From positions 2,720,001 through 2,784,000 of the forward strand of contig CAWHIJ010000003.1 in assembly GCA_963829525.1 (NCBI GenBank): a stretch of 64,000 nucleotides of DNA, written 5' to 3'. The translations under genes and the position numbers were made by a program. Positions 41,511 to 51,804 of the stretch are shown here, in pieces (the first letter of the stretch is position 1; the number at the start of each line of letters is the position of its first letter). The notes under the pieces were generated by a model that was given only the letters and a program-made list of their open reading frames with translations, did no database searches and had not been told where the DNA came from. This DNA comes from an uncultured Actinomycetota bacterium (lineage in GTDB: Bacteria > Actinomycetota > Actinomycetes > JAHEKZ01).

Positions 41511-43694
41511 ATGGAACGGCTCGCCGATTTCGTCCTGCACCATCGCAAATGGGTGATGGTCTTCTGGGCTGTCATGTTCGTCATCGGAGTCGTCGCCTCG
41601 GGCAAAGCGACCGACCGACTCACTACTGACTTCTCGCTTCCCGGCCAGCCAGGATACGAGACGTCGAAGCAGATCATCGAGCAGTACGGCAACGGCGGGA
41701 GCACCCAGCCCTTTATCCCGATCGCCACGGTGCCCGAGGGTGAGACGGCGCTCCAGAACATGGACCAGATCACTTCAGTCTTCAAAGAGATCGACTCAAA
41801 GTTCCCCAACTACCGCTTGGCGTATTACGCCAACAGCAACGACGACGTGTTCCTGACCGATGATGGCCGCACCACGTACGCACTGGTCTTCGTACCCTTT
41901 CCGGAGAGCTTCGCCGCCCCGCTCCCCAGCGAAGAGATGGCTCCCATTCTTGAAAAAGCCAGCCAAGAGACTGGCTTCGAGTGGACGCTGACCAGCTACG
42001 ACATGCTGGCGGCAGGCGAGACTTCGGAGACGGAGGCCCCCAGCGTCCTCTTCGAGACGCTCCTCGGTGCGCTTGGTGCACTTGCCGTCCTGCTCTTCCT
42101 CTTCGCCTCCTTCCTCGCACTTGTGCCGCTGCTGATCGCCGCTGTCTCCATCCTGACCACCTTCACAGTGGTTCTCCTTCTCACCTATGTCACCGACATG
42201 AGCTTTATCGTGCAGTTCCTCATATCCCTGGTGGGGCTCGGTGTCGCGATCGACTACTCGCTCTTGCTGGTCACGAGATGGAGGGAGGAGAGGGACCACG
42301 GTCGCGAGAACCACGAGGCAGTGAAGATCGCCATGAGTACGGCCGGACGCGCTGTGGTGTCCAGCGCCGGAACCGTTGCCATCAGCTTGATCGCACTCCT
42401 CGTCATCCCCGTCCCGTTCCTTCGCAGTATGGGGTTGGGTGGAATGCTCATCCCGGTGGTGAGCACGATCGTCGTTCTCACCCTTCTGCCTGCGCTGCTG
42501 GGGGGAATAGGCCCGCGCGTCGATTGGCCGAAGTTTCGCCATGAGAACAAGGCGTCACGCGCTTGGTCACGCTGGGCGGCAATGATCGTCCGACGACGCT
42601 GGATAGCTGCTGGCGTGGCGTTGGTGCTGCTCGGGCTGCTCATCTTCCCGGTCTTCGGGATCAAGATCGGACAGGCACAGACGTCGTCGCTGGCCTCATC
42701 GGGTCCAGCCTTCGAAGCGCTCCAGCTCCTCAAGGACGGCGGCGTCCCAGATGGCGTCGTCTCTCCTCTCGAGATGCTTGTCGAGAATGACTCCGAGGAA
42801 ACGCGCAACGCCTCGACGAATGACGTCGTTGGAAACACCAAGGGGGTGGAGGGGATCGATGCCGCCTTCGCGCCCGACAGCGAGTCATGGTCGACCGATG
42901 CCAGCCAGATCTCGATCGGCATCCCCGTTGAAGAGGCGGTCGACAGCACGAACGCGTCGGTCGTCACCCGAGTCAATGAGGTCAACGCAGAGGTATCCGG
43001 ATTTGCCGGAACCGCCGGCGCAGCCGCCATCGTGCTCGACTACATCGATGCCGTATACGGCAACTTCCCACTGGTCATCGGCATCGTCGCCCTCGTCACG
43101 TTCTTGCTTCTGGCCCGCGCCTTTCGCTCACTGCTGCTGCCCATCAAGGCTGTTGTCCTCAACATCGCATCGGTTGCGGCGACTTTCGGTGCGGTCGTCT
43201 GGTTCTGGCAAGAGGGCAACGGCTCTGAGGCGATCTTCGGTATCTCAGCCACCGGCTCGATCACCTTCTGGCTGCCTGTACTCATCTTCGCCTTCCTCTT
43301 CGGCCTCTCGATGGACTACGAAGTCTTCATCTTGACGCGGATGCGCGAGGAGTACGACGACACCGGGAACACCGGAGCTGCCGTCACGCTTGGGCTCGGA
43401 AGAACCGGACGATTGGTCACTGGTGCTGCGCTGATTCTCTTCTTTGCTTTCTTGGCTCTGGCATCGTCGCCTGGCACTGATATCAAGGTCTTCGCCACGG
43501 CTCTGGGATTCGGCATCCTGCTGGACGCCACACTCGTGCGGGCACTACTCGTCCCGGCGCTTGTCTCGCTCTTCGGACGCTGGAACTGGTGGCTCCCGGC
43601 ATGGGCGGCCCGCCCGCTTCGTGTTGAGCCGCATGCTGCAGTGGTCGAGGCGGCGTCGGTCGTCGAGGAGGCCGAGGCCTCCGTACGTCCCTGA
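41511..43694 (+). CDS. MMPL family (RND) transporter
   Basis: GLGVAIDYSLL, TAGRAV, FGLSMDYEVF, LDATLVRALLVPA, GRWNWW. Confidence 0.93.
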   Translation: MERLADFVLHHRKWVMVFWAVMFVIGVVASGKATDRLTTDFSLPGQPGYETSKQIIEQYGNGGSTQPFIPIATVPEGETALQNMDQITSVFKEIDSKFPNYRLAYYANSNDDVFLTDDGRTTYALVFVPFPESFAAPLPSEEMAPILEKASQETGFEWTLTSYDMLAAGETSETEAPSVLFETLLGALGALAVLLFLFASFLALVPLLIAAVSILTTFTVVLLLTYVTDMSFIVQFLISLVGLGVAIDYSLLLVTRWREERDHGRENHEAVKIAMSTAGRAVVSSAGTVAISLIALLVIPVPFLRSMGLGGMLIPVVSTIVVLTLLPALLGGIGPRVDWPKFRHENKASRAWSRWAAMIVRRRWIAAGVALVLLGLLIFPVFGIKIGQAQTSSLASSGPAFEALQLLKDGGVPDGVVSPLEMLVENDSEETRNASTNDVVGNTKGVEGIDAAFAPDSESWSTDASQISIGIPVEEAVDSTNASVVTRVNEVNAEVSGFAGTAGAAAIVLDYIDAVYGNFPLVIGIVALVTFLLLARAFRSLLLPIKAVVLNIASVAATFGAVVWFWQEGNGSEAIFGISATGSITFWLPVLIFAFLFGLSMDYEVFILTRMREEYDDTGNTGAAVTLGLGRTGRLVTGAALILFFAFLALASSPGTDIKVFATALGFGILLDATLVRALLVPALVSLFGRWNWWLPAWAARPLRVEPHAAVVEAASVVEEAEASVRP

Positions 43695-43754
43695 TCTGAC
43701 CGGAGCACTCGGCGCGCCAAACCGGCACCTGATGTGCACTGAGCAGCGGGCATG

Positions 43755-43787
43755 AGGAAGGCCCCTCCCGGTGGGAGGGGCCTTCCT
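43755..43787. terminator. Bidirectional hairpin terminator
   Basis: AGGAAGGCCCCTCCC-GGT-GGGAGGGGCCTTCCT between convergent genes. Confidence 0.8.
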
Positions 43788-43793
43788 GTTCGC

Positions 43794-44435
43794 CTAGGAG
43801 ACGGGGAGCAGCCTCGGCAGCAGCACCCGGTCGATTGCGTGGGCGATCTGCTTGTTGCCCTTGTTGATGTCGGTGACGATCACCTTCGGGTTGTCAACTT
43901 CCTTGTTGTTGTCCTTGAGGAAGATGGCCTTCTTTGTGACGTTGACGACGACCTTCTGTCCGTTGGCCATCTCCAGCTTGGCGCCGTCGGACGCAGCGGC
44001 CGCCTTCGCGTTGATCTTCACGCCCGGAACAACGTGGTAGAGCAGGATGTCCTCGATCTGGGGAGCACCCAGGGCCGTTACCAACTTGCCGGTCAGCTTC
44101 GCCTCGGTCTTTGCGGCGATACCGAGATCACCGGCGGTCCGCTCGAACGCAGCGTCCGTAGGAATGAAGGCAGTGAGCGTGGTCGTCCCGTCGAAGAGCA
44201 GATTGACCGATGAGCCTGGGTTGCTGTCCAGAACTGCGAGCACGGCCGCGGTGAGAATGTCGAAGTCGCCGCCATTCTTGTCGAAGCTGGGCTGGCCCGA
44301 GACAGTGTCGGCGAGCAGTACGTCACCGAGAGAGTTGGTGCCGGGCGCGGCTTGAGCGGGGCTGGCCATCATCAGCGGTGCTGCGGCGAGGCCAGCGGCA
44401 GCGGCGATTGCCACGGCGCGGGAAGGGAGCTTCAT
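43794..44435 (-). CDS. Secreted fasciclin (FAS1) domain protein
   Basis: Signal peptide; TAFIPTDAAF, ILLYHVVPG, HAIDRVLLP. Confidence 0.9.
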   Translation of the reverse strand: MKLPSRAVAIAAAAGLAAAPLMMASPAQAAPGTNSLGDVLLADTVSGQPSFDKNGGDFDILTAAVLAVLDSNPGSSVNLLFDGTTTLTAFIPTDAAFERTAGDLGIAAKTEAKLTGKLVTALGAPQIEDILLYHVVPGVKINAKAAAASDGAKLEMANGQKVVVNVTKKAIFLKDNNKEVDNPKVIVTDINKGNKQIAHAIDRVLLPRLLPVS

Positions 44436-44517
44436 TGGTGTCCTCCAGAAGTGGTTGCTTGACACCCCCCCTTCTGTCCGAAGGTGCCCGCTGGATGCAC
44501 AACCTCTGAAGAACTTT

Positions 44518-45012
44518 CTAAGCCCTACCGGCTGCCTCGTCCTCCATGTCGAGAACTCCAGGGATCCGGCCGCCCAGGACGGTCGCCAGGTCCATGGCCA
44601 GCTCGAGGTCTTCGCCGGTGAACGGCGGGACGCCCTCCTCCCGCGTGAGGAAGAGTTCGCCGAACACGCGTCCACCCGCGACGATCGGGACCCCCAAGAA
44701 GCTTGCCGGAACGACTCCCGGATTCTGTTCGATGTACTCCGTCACGACCGCGAGTGTGTCAGTGCTGACGTACCCCCGGTGCGACAACAGCCGTTCAGCG
44801 GCAGCTGGATATGCGTCGAGTGAGTAGTACTGGTTGACGGGGAAGACCTCCTGATCAGGATCGAGCTCTCCCACGTTGACCAAGTCGCAGAACTTGTCGT
44901 CGACGATCAGTGTGATGTGCGCGCTCGTGGCCACCATGATCTCCGATATGGAGACGGCCGCGCCGTAGGCCAGCGACGTGAGCTCTTCAAAGGGATCGAC
45001 CGTGATGACCAA
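44518..45012 (-). CDS. Stand-alone GAF domain protein (start uncertain)
   Basis: SFLGVPIVAGGRVFGELFLTR...PFTGEDLELA. Confidence 0.7.
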   Translation of the reverse strand: MVITVDPFEELTSLAYGAAVSISEIMVATSAHITLIVDDKFCDLVNVGELDPDQEVFPVNQYYSLDAYPAAAERLLSHRGYVSTDTLAVVTEYIEQNPGVVPASFLGVPIVAGGRVFGELFLTREEGVPPFTGEDLELAMDLATVLGGRIPGVLDMEDEAAGRA

Positions 45013-45175
45013 GTGCCGGATGATCTCCGAGCGTCCAGCCCCTGTCCAACCGCGGTGATACCGCGCGGCAGAGTTCTGGGGCGGCGTCCAGCCCACTTTC
45101 TTCCTCCGGTCCAGCTCGTCGTCCCCCGACCGTGGGGGTATCGGCTGGTTGCCCAGCTCCCTTAACCCGGCGGGA

Positions 45176-46622
45176 CTAGGGCGTCGGGTGTCCCGGTGCG
45201 GTGTAGCTGGTCTTGACCACCGTGTAGAACTCCCGGGCATATGCCCCCTGCTCACGTGGTCCATAGGACGAACCTCGCCGTCCACCGAACGGAACGTGGT
45301 AGTCGACGCCAGCTGTGGGGACGTTCACCATGACCATGCCAGCACCGGAGTGACGACGGAAGTGGGAAGCAGCAGCCAGCGACGTGGTGACGATGCCGCT
45401 GGAAAGGCCGAACTCCGTGTCGTTGGCAACCGCCAGGGCCTCCTCGTAGTCGGCGACCTCAACGACAGAGGCGACCGGGCCGAAGACCTCCTCGCGATTC
45501 ACCGTCATGGTGTTGTCGGTCCCCACCACCAGCGCCGGTGACAGGAAGTGGCCATCGGTCGAGCGCTCGACGCGCTCTCCACCGACAACCTGCCCACCTT
45601 CCTCCCGGGCGATCGCAAGGTACCTCTCGTCCTGAGCAAGCTGTGTGGCGTCGACCACCGGGCCCATGTGAGTTCCGTCGGCTACGTGCATCCCCGACAT
45701 GCCAGGCCCGCATCCGCTCGGTGAGGGCTCCGACGAAGCGATCGTGGATCCCCCGGGTGACGACCAGGCGGCTCGACGCTGTGCAGCGTTGACCGGTCGA
45801 TCCGAACGCCCCCTGAAGGGCAACGTCGACAGCGACCTCGATGTCGGCGTCGTCGAGCACCACGAGGGGGTTCTTTCCGCCCATCTCCAGCTGCACGCGC
45901 GTGCGCTGGGGTGCCGCGGTCGCCAGGATGTGCGACCCGGTGACCACCGACCCGGTGAACGAGACGCCGTCGACGTCGGCGCTCCCGGTGAGCACCGGGC
46001 CCACCTCACGCCCCGATCCCATGACCAGGTTGAGCACCCCGTCGGGCAGACCAGCGCGGCGCAAGATGTCGACCAGCTCCCAAGCGCATCCGGGAACCAG
46101 CTCGGCGGGTTTGAACACCACTGTGTTGCCGTAGGCCAGGGCTGGCGCGATCTTCCAGGCCGGAATGGCGATCGGGAAGTTCCACGGGGTGATGATGCTC
46201 ACCACCCCCAGCGGCTCTCTGGTCATCGTCACCTCGAGGCCAGGGCGAATGGAGTCGACCACCTCGCCGGTGTTGCGCAACGCCTGGCCCCCGTGAAACT
46301 TCAGGATCTGGCCAGCGCGTGCCACTTCTCCCCGCCCCTCGGGAAGCGTCTTGCCTTCCTCCCGGGCCAGCAGGTCGCCCAGTTCGTCGGCTCGCCGCAG
46401 AACCTCGTCCCCAGCTCGGTCGAGTACATCGGCGCGTTCTTGCGGCGTGGCGAACGACCACCGCGGCAGTGCCTCACGCGCGGCAGCAACAGCGGCTTCC
46501 GCATCAGATGCGCTCGCATGCGCGAACTCGCCGATGACATCACTGGTGTCGCTGGGGTTGATGTTCGGTGTCCAGGTCACGCCGCCCACTTCGGCGCCGC
46601 CGATGATGTTCGGCCGCCGCAC
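45176..46622 (-). CDS. Aldehyde dehydrogenase family protein (frameshift near 45690)
   Basis: ITPWNFP, FTGS, LEMGGKNP, GQRCTA, then EEVFGPV, PFGG in a second frame. Confidence 0.9.
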
Positions 46623-46727
46623 GGACCCGGTCGCCGGACCCGCTGCTCTGGGTCATGCCCAAAGCCTAGGACCCGCGCCTGCGCCGCCGTGACACCGGCC
46701 ATTGACTCCCAGTGACGCCGTGGCCCT

Positions 46728-47089
46728 TCAGACCCTGGCCAGAATTTCGTCCTCGGGGAGGCCGCCCTGCCAGCGACCGATCTCCTCGCCGCCTGGAGAG
46801 AGAAGCACCCGTTGGCTGCCCGGTGATCTCCAGAGCCTGCCACGACTCAAAGCCCGGGTCCCACAGCATCTGCGGAGAGCTGACGCCGTAGGTGCTGACA
46901 AAGTCCTCCGCGAGGGCGAGGTCGTCTTGGGTTCCGATCCCCACCACCGTCACCATCGGCGTTCTGCTTCGAGAAGGCCTCGACCCGGGCTCGGCGCCGC
47001 AAGCGCTGATGACCAGCCCGAGCGCAACGTGGGTTGAACGCCGCCACCATGCCGGCGGTGAGCGCAACGAGCAGGGTGCTGAGGTCCAC
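46728..47089 (-). pseudogene. Mosaic remnant: CcdA-like N-terminus + lipoprotein signal + TlpA/redoxin-like C-terminus
   Basis: ALTAGMVAAFNP; LVISACG; VTVVGIGTQDD...MLWD...W..LEITGQPT in different frames. Confidence 0.5.
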
Positions 47090-47157
47090 TCCTGCAGGCA
47101 CGCTACGTAGCCGCATGCGTGGGCTCGCGAGCCGAAATGGCGCTGAACGCAGATAGG

Positions 47158-48417
47158 TCACCGGGCTGTAAGAACTGCGTCCAGCGCATCCCAGCAGGAG
47201 ACGACGAACCTCTTCAGCTCTTCAGGGGTCACGACGAACGGCGGAGACACCTGGAGCGACCCGTCAACCAGCGGCCGGGTCAGCACACCGCGCGCGCGCA
47301 GCTCCGCGACAACGGCAGGAACCACCGATGCGTCACGCTTCACAACATCCGGATCGATCTGGACGGCGGCGAGCAGACCGACACCTGACCGCACCTCAGC
47401 GACCAGGCGATGCTCGACCAGACCAGCGAGCGTCTCGGTGAGAACCGGTTCGAGCTCGCGAACCCGCGCCACCAGCCCTTCGCGTTCGATGATGTCGAGG
47501 TTCGCGAGTCCAGCAGCCGCGGCAACGGCGTGACCCGAGTAGGTGTATCCGTGCCGCCACGCACCAGCCGTGCCCTGCCAGAACGGCTCGGTCACCGTTG
47601 GCGCGACGAGCACGGCGCCCATGGGCGCATAGCCACTGGTCAGTCCCTTGGCACTCAGCACCAGGTCTGGCTCGAGCCCGTACCGGGTGCTGGCGAACCA
47701 CTCCCCGGTACGGCCATAGCCAGTGATTACCTCATCACTGACCCAGAGCACGCCGCGCTCACGGCAGAGCTGGCGCGCCTGCTGTAGGTACTGCTCTCCG
47801 GCGAAGTGGACTCCACCAGCGCCCATCACCGGCTCGCAGAAGAATGCCGCTACCGTCTCGGCGCCTCGTTCCTCGAGCACCCGCTCCAGATCGGCGACGG
47901 AGTCCCACTCCACGTGCGCGACATCGGCACCCCATTCCCCGTATCCATGACGATTCAGCTCGATCCCACCCATCGCCGTTCCGCCCCAGTGCATGCCGTG
48001 GTAGGCCCGGTCGCGAGTGATGATCGTGGTCCGTTGCGGCTGACCGCGCAGGCTCCAGTACCGACGCACGAGCTTGGCGGCAGTGTCGACCGCGTCGGAT
48101 CCCCCGGAGGTGAAGAACACCTTGCTGTCCGGAACAGGAGAGATTTCGGCCAACCGATCGGCGAGCGCCAGGACTGGCTCGTTGGCCATGTCACCGAACG
48201 TGGAATAGGCGGCAAGTCTGCCAGCCTGCTCTGCCATCGCTTCGGCGATCTCGGCGCGACCATGTCCGACGTTGGCAAACCACAGACCAGCGGTCAGATC
48301 CAAGTACTCGTTCCCCGCACGGTCGAAGACCGATGCCTGAACGCCACGGGTCAGGACGAGCTCGCCGTCTCGTTCGACGGCCGCCATGTCAGCGAAGGGG
48401 TGCCATAGATGCGTCAC
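47158..48417 (-). CDS. Class III PLP aminotransferase
   Basis: LWHPFADM, GLWFANVGHGR, AYHG, EPVMGAGG, DEVITGYGRTG, SAKGLTSGY. Confidence 0.93.
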   Translation of the reverse strand: MTHLWHPFADMAAVERDGELVLTRGVQASVFDRAGNEYLDLTAGLWFANVGHGRAEIAEAMAEQAGRLAAYSTFGDMANEPVLALADRLAEISPVPDSKVFFTSGGSDAVDTAAKLVRRYWSLRGQPQRTTIITRDRAYHGMHWGGTAMGGIELNRHGYGEWGADVAHVEWDSVADLERVLEERGAETVAAFFCEPVMGAGGVHFAGEQYLQQARQLCRERGVLWVSDEVITGYGRTGEWFASTRYGLEPDLVLSAKGLTSGYAPMGAVLVAPTVTEPFWQGTAGAWRHGYTYSGHAVAAAAGLANLDIIEREGLVARVRELEPVLTETLAGLVEHRLVAEVRSGVGLLAAVQIDPDVVKRDASVVPAVVAELRARGVLTRPLVDGSLQVSPPFVVTPEELKRFVVSCWDALDAVLTAR

Positions 48418-48428
48418 AGCCGCCAAGG

Positions 48429-49172
48429 CTAGGCCAATGCTGTCTGTAGCCCGAGCAGCACCGCGGCACCCACCATGAGGGCTGCAAATGCCTGCCGGAG
48501 CCGTTCGCGAGGCATGTGCGGTGCAAGCTTGGCGCCGGCGAACGATCCGGCGACCGCTCCGAGTGCCATCGGCAGCGCCATCGCCCAGTCCAGGTACTCC
48601 GGTCCTCGGACCGCAAGAGCCGCTATCGCATTGATCGAGATCACCAGCAGCCCGGTTGCAGTCGCCTCCCGGATGCCGAACCCCAGGACGAGAACCAGAG
48701 CCGGAACGATGACAAACCCACCGCCGACACCGAAGAACCCCGTGATCAGCCCGACGCCTAGTGCCGCAGCCGTGACTACGAGATACGAGCGGCGCTGGCT
48801 CCGTTCCTCTCTGCCAGCGGGCTGCCGAAACATCGCCACAGCTGCCACAAGGAGCAGAATCGAAAAGCCCCCGGTGAGGACTCGGTCGGGAAGAACCGTT
48901 GCGAGCCATGATCCGGCGACGGCAGCGATCGTGCCGACGGCCCCGAACACAGCACCCTCGCGCCATTTGACGGTGCGCGCCCCCCGATGACCAAGCAGTC
49001 CGCTTGCAGCGGCGAGTAGCACCACGACAAGGGACACGGTGGTGGCCTCACGAGGAGGGACACCGAAGGCGAAGATCAGGAGCGGTGCGGTGAAAATGGC
49101 TCCGCCAGCACCGAGCACCCCTAGGAGCAGACCGATGAAGGCACCGGCGAGCACAAGTTCGGTGACCACCAT
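48429..49172 (-). CDS. TauE/SafE family sulfite exporter
   Basis: GVLGAGGAI, GLITGFFGVGGGFVIVPAL, ATATGL. Confidence 0.9.
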   Translation of the reverse strand: MVVTELVLAGAFIGLLLGVLGAGGAIFTAPLLIFAFGVPPREATTVSLVVVLLAAASGLLGHRGARTVKWREGAVFGAVGTIAAVAGSWLATVLPDRVLTGGFSILLLVAAVAMFRQPAGREERSQRRSYLVVTAAALGVGLITGFFGVGGGFVIVPALVLVLGFGIREATATGLLVISINAIAALAVRGPEYLDWAMALPMALGAVAGSFAGAKLAPHMPRERLRQAFAALMVGAAVLLGLQTALA

Positions 49173-49174
49173 GC

Positions 49175-49534
49175 CTAGGTCACCCGGCCCGGCTTACCTG
49201 ATCGATCGACCAAGCCCTCTCCCGAGCGCTGCCATGCGTTCATTCCGCCCGAGAGGTTTACGGCGTCATAGCCGGCAGCAATCAGCTGCTTGGTAGCGCG
49301 CCGGGAGCGGTTTCCGCTGCGACATACGACCACAGCCTTCTTGTTCTGCGGGATGCGTCGTTGCTTCTGACTCAACTGGTCCAGCGCCAGGTGGAGGGCG
49401 AATGCGCAGTGCCCCGCGTTCCACTCTTGGGTCGTGCGCACATCAACCATGACAGCGCCGGAATCTAGGAGTTCGCGCGCTTCACCGGCCGAGACCGAGG
49501 GAACACCACCAAAGAGCCGACCCAGAAGACTCAT
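49175..49534 (-). CDS. Rhodanese-like protein
   Basis: VDVRTTQEWNAGH, CRSGNRS, NLSGGMNAW. Confidence 0.92.
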   Translation of the reverse strand: MSLLGRLFGGVPSVSAGEARELLDSGAVMVDVRTTQEWNAGHCAFALHLALDQLSQKQRRIPQNKKAVVVCRSGNRSRRATKQLIAAGYDAVNLSGGMNAWQRSGEGLVDRSGKPGRVT

Positions 49535-51060
49535 GCGTTGGAACGCTCTGTTGCTTCCTGAATGACCTCGGTTTCCTCACGCGGCACGAACGTACGAGCC
49601 GTGCCGCGAGACTCCAACCAGGTCCAACCTCTTTGGCGGCCGGCGGCAGCGCTCTGCTCGATCGGGAGCGTCGTGGAAGAGGCATTCGTCCAGTCATCAT
49701 CGACATGGACCAGGTTCTCCAAAGCCGGACCATTCGAGAACACAGTGCTGCGAAGCAGCGAGATCACTACAGCTGCGCGGTATCCCGAGCCACACGCTAC
49801 GTACACGGGTCGATCAGTGGGGATCTCCGAGATCCGGTCCGGCACCTGGTAGAAGGGCAGGTGGTGGGAGCCGGCTATGTGACCTTCTTCCCACTCAAGG
49901 TGCTGGCGCACGTCGAGGATGTATGTGTCCGGTCGCTCGGCGACGACCGCGGCGAGCCCGCCGAAGTCGACTCGATCAGTGGTAGAGAGAGTTGCAACAT
50001 CCTCGGTCCAGAACACCGGGCCGCCAACGGCCTGAGCTACCGGACGGTCGATGCCGATCCGCACGAGCTCACGTTGCGCGGCCTGCACCTGCTCGGTCGT
50101 CTCCCCAAGCAACGTCACCGGCGCACCCCAGGGGATAAGCCACCCGACGTATGCGATGAATGCGCCATCGAGGTCGAATGAGAGTGACCCACGTAGGTGC
50201 CCCGTGGCAAACACCTCACGTGAGCGCAGGTCGATGACCCACTCCCCGCGTTCGATTCGGGCGCGAAGCTGCGCCGGATCTGCGGGCGAGGGCAACGAGA
50301 GGTCGACCGGCGCCGGACCTGCAGCATTGGCTGGGCCCATGTGCGCGTAGTAGGCGGGGAAGACGTCGAGACCGGCTAGCGTCTCTTCGACGAACGCCTG
50401 CTCATCATTCGTCAATGCCGGATTGTTGGCACGCTCGTCAGCGATGGTGCCGGCCGCGCCCTCGTTCTGGGTCGCTGCGCAGAAGGACCCGAAGCCGTGC
50501 GTCGGATACACGTTCGTGTCACTTGCGAGTTCGCCAGCCAACCGTCGCACTGAGTGCCACTGATCATGTGCCAGGCTCTCGGTGAGCTCGGGGTTGACCA
50601 GGTCGGGTCGCCCAACGGCCCCGTAGAGCATCGAACCACCGGTGAAGATCACCCCTGGGTGGACATCGGATGCACCCGAACGCTCCACTGAGTACGCCAC
50701 GTGGTGCGGGGTGTGACCTGGGGTGGCCAGCACGGTCACCACAAGGCCGCCAAGTGCAAAGGTGTCCCCATCCCTGACAGGGGTGTGCTCGAACGAAACA
50801 TCAGCGTCCGCCGGCACCAGATAGGCGGCGCCGTGACGCCGCGCCAACTCGAACCCACCGGTGACGTAGTCGTTGTGCACGTGCGTCTCGACGACGTGGG
50901 TCGCCACGAGACCGTGCTCGGCAAGCAGTTGCTCGACACGATCGATGTCGCGCTGTGGGTCGATCACGACGGCATGCTCACCGTCGTGAGCGAGGTAGCC
51001 ACGGTTTCCCAGCCCCGGGGTCTCGATCACAAGAACATGGGGTGTGCTGGTGTAGGTCAT
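49531..51060 (-). CDS. MBL persulfide dioxygenase-rhodanese fusion (CstB-like)
   Basis: ETHVHNDY, TPGHTPHH, GRPDL, PTHGFGSFC, C-terminal rhodanese CGSGYRA. Confidence 0.88.
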   Translation of the reverse strand: MTYTSTPHVLVIETPGLGNRGYLAHDGEHAVVIDPQRDIDRVEQLLAEHGLVATHVVETHVHNDYVTGGFELARRHGAAYLVPADADVSFEHTPVRDGDTFALGGLVVTVLATPGHTPHHVAYSVERSGASDVHPGVIFTGGSMLYGAVGRPDLVNPELTESLAHDQWHSVRRLAGELASDTNVYPTHGFGSFCAATQNEGAAGTIADERANNPALTNDEQAFVEETLAGLDVFPAYYAHMGPANAAGPAPVDLSLPSPADPAQLRARIERGEWVIDLRSREVFATGHLRGSLSFDLDGAFIAYVGWLIPWGAPVTLLGETTEQVQAAQRELVRIGIDRPVAQAVGGPVFWTEDVATLSTTDRVDFGGLAAVVAERPDTYILDVRQHLEWEEGHIAGSHHLPFYQVPDRISEIPTDRPVYVACGSGYRAAVVISLLRSTVFSNGPALENLVHVDDDWTNASSTTLPIEQSAAAGRQRGWTWLESRGTARTFVPREETEVIQEATERSNA

Positions 51061-51407
51061 GAGTGGGCTCCCCCGATTGGTCCAACGCCCGCGCCAGCTG
51101 ACACGGTCTCGACGGCGAACCCGGCCGATCGCCACGCCATCGTTCCGCCACTGACGTTCGTGGCGGTGATCCCGTGCTCGATCAGGTAGTGGCACACCTG
51201 CCAGCTGCGGTTCCCGGCTTCACAGATGATGAACACATCTCGGTCGACCGGGATCTCATCGACCCGGAGCGGGACAAGGTGCATCGTCATCGGCACGGCA
51301 CCAGGTACATGGCCGGATGCGTACTCAAATGGCTCACGAACATCGATGACGAGGGCACCAGCGGCAAGCGCCGCGGAGAGCTGGCGAACATCGGCTTGGG
51401 GGACCAT
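51057..51407 (-). CDS. Rhodanese-like protein
   Basis: IDVREPFEYASGHVPGA, CEAGNRS, GGTMAW. Confidence 0.92.
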   Translation of the reverse strand: MVPQADVRQLSAALAAGALVIDVREPFEYASGHVPGAVPMTMHLVPLRVDEIPVDRDVFIICEAGNRSWQVCHYLIEHGITATNVSGGTMAWRSAGFAVETVSAGAGVGPIGGAHS

Positions 51408-51424
51408 GCCGGCGATCCTTTCTC

Positions 51425-51440
51425 ATACCCCAGGGGGTAT
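51425..51440. promoter_or_regulatory. CsoR/CstR-type operator 1 (ATACCCCAGGGGGTAT)
   Basis: TACCCC-N2-GGGGTA palindrome upstream of the rhodanese operon. Confidence 0.8.
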
Positions 51441-51481
51441 TGTCGACTCAAGATTCTGCGTGGGTCGTGCTCGGCGGGCTC

Positions 51482-51751
51482 CTACGCGAGAGCGAGGAAG
51501 AGCTTCTCCATTTGTTCCCGAGTCAGGGCGGGCTGCTCGCCCCGCAGCTCGGCGTCCTGGCACTGCCGAATTCCGCTGGCCACGATCTTGAAGCCGGCTC
51601 GATCGATCGCGCGCGACGCTGCGGCGAGCTGCGTGACGATGTCAGAGCAGTTGCGACCGTCCTCGATCATCGCGATGATGCCGCCGATCTGGCCTTGCGC
51701 GCGACGCAGTCGGTTCACGACCTCCTGCGACACTGAGTCGTCGATCTGCAT
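51482..51751 (-). CDS. CsoR/RcnR family regulator, CstR-like
   Basis: NRLRRAQGQIGGII.MIE.GRNCSDIVTQLAA...IRQC; lacks the Cu-binding His before the second Cys. Confidence 0.88.
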   Translation of the reverse strand: MQIDDSVSQEVVNRLRRAQGQIGGIIAMIEDGRNCSDIVTQLAAASRAIDRAGFKIVASGIRQCQDAELRGEQPALTREQMEKLFLALA

Positions 51752-51786
51752 GACCGGTCTCCTGCTCGTTGGGAACACCTGATCTT

Positions 51787-51801
51787 ATACCCCTGGGGGT
51801 A
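51787..51801. promoter_or_regulatory. CsoR/CstR-type operator 2 (ATACCCCTGGGGGTA)
   Basis: Second copy upstream of the regulator gene. Confidence 0.8.
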
Positions 51802-51804
51802 CCC

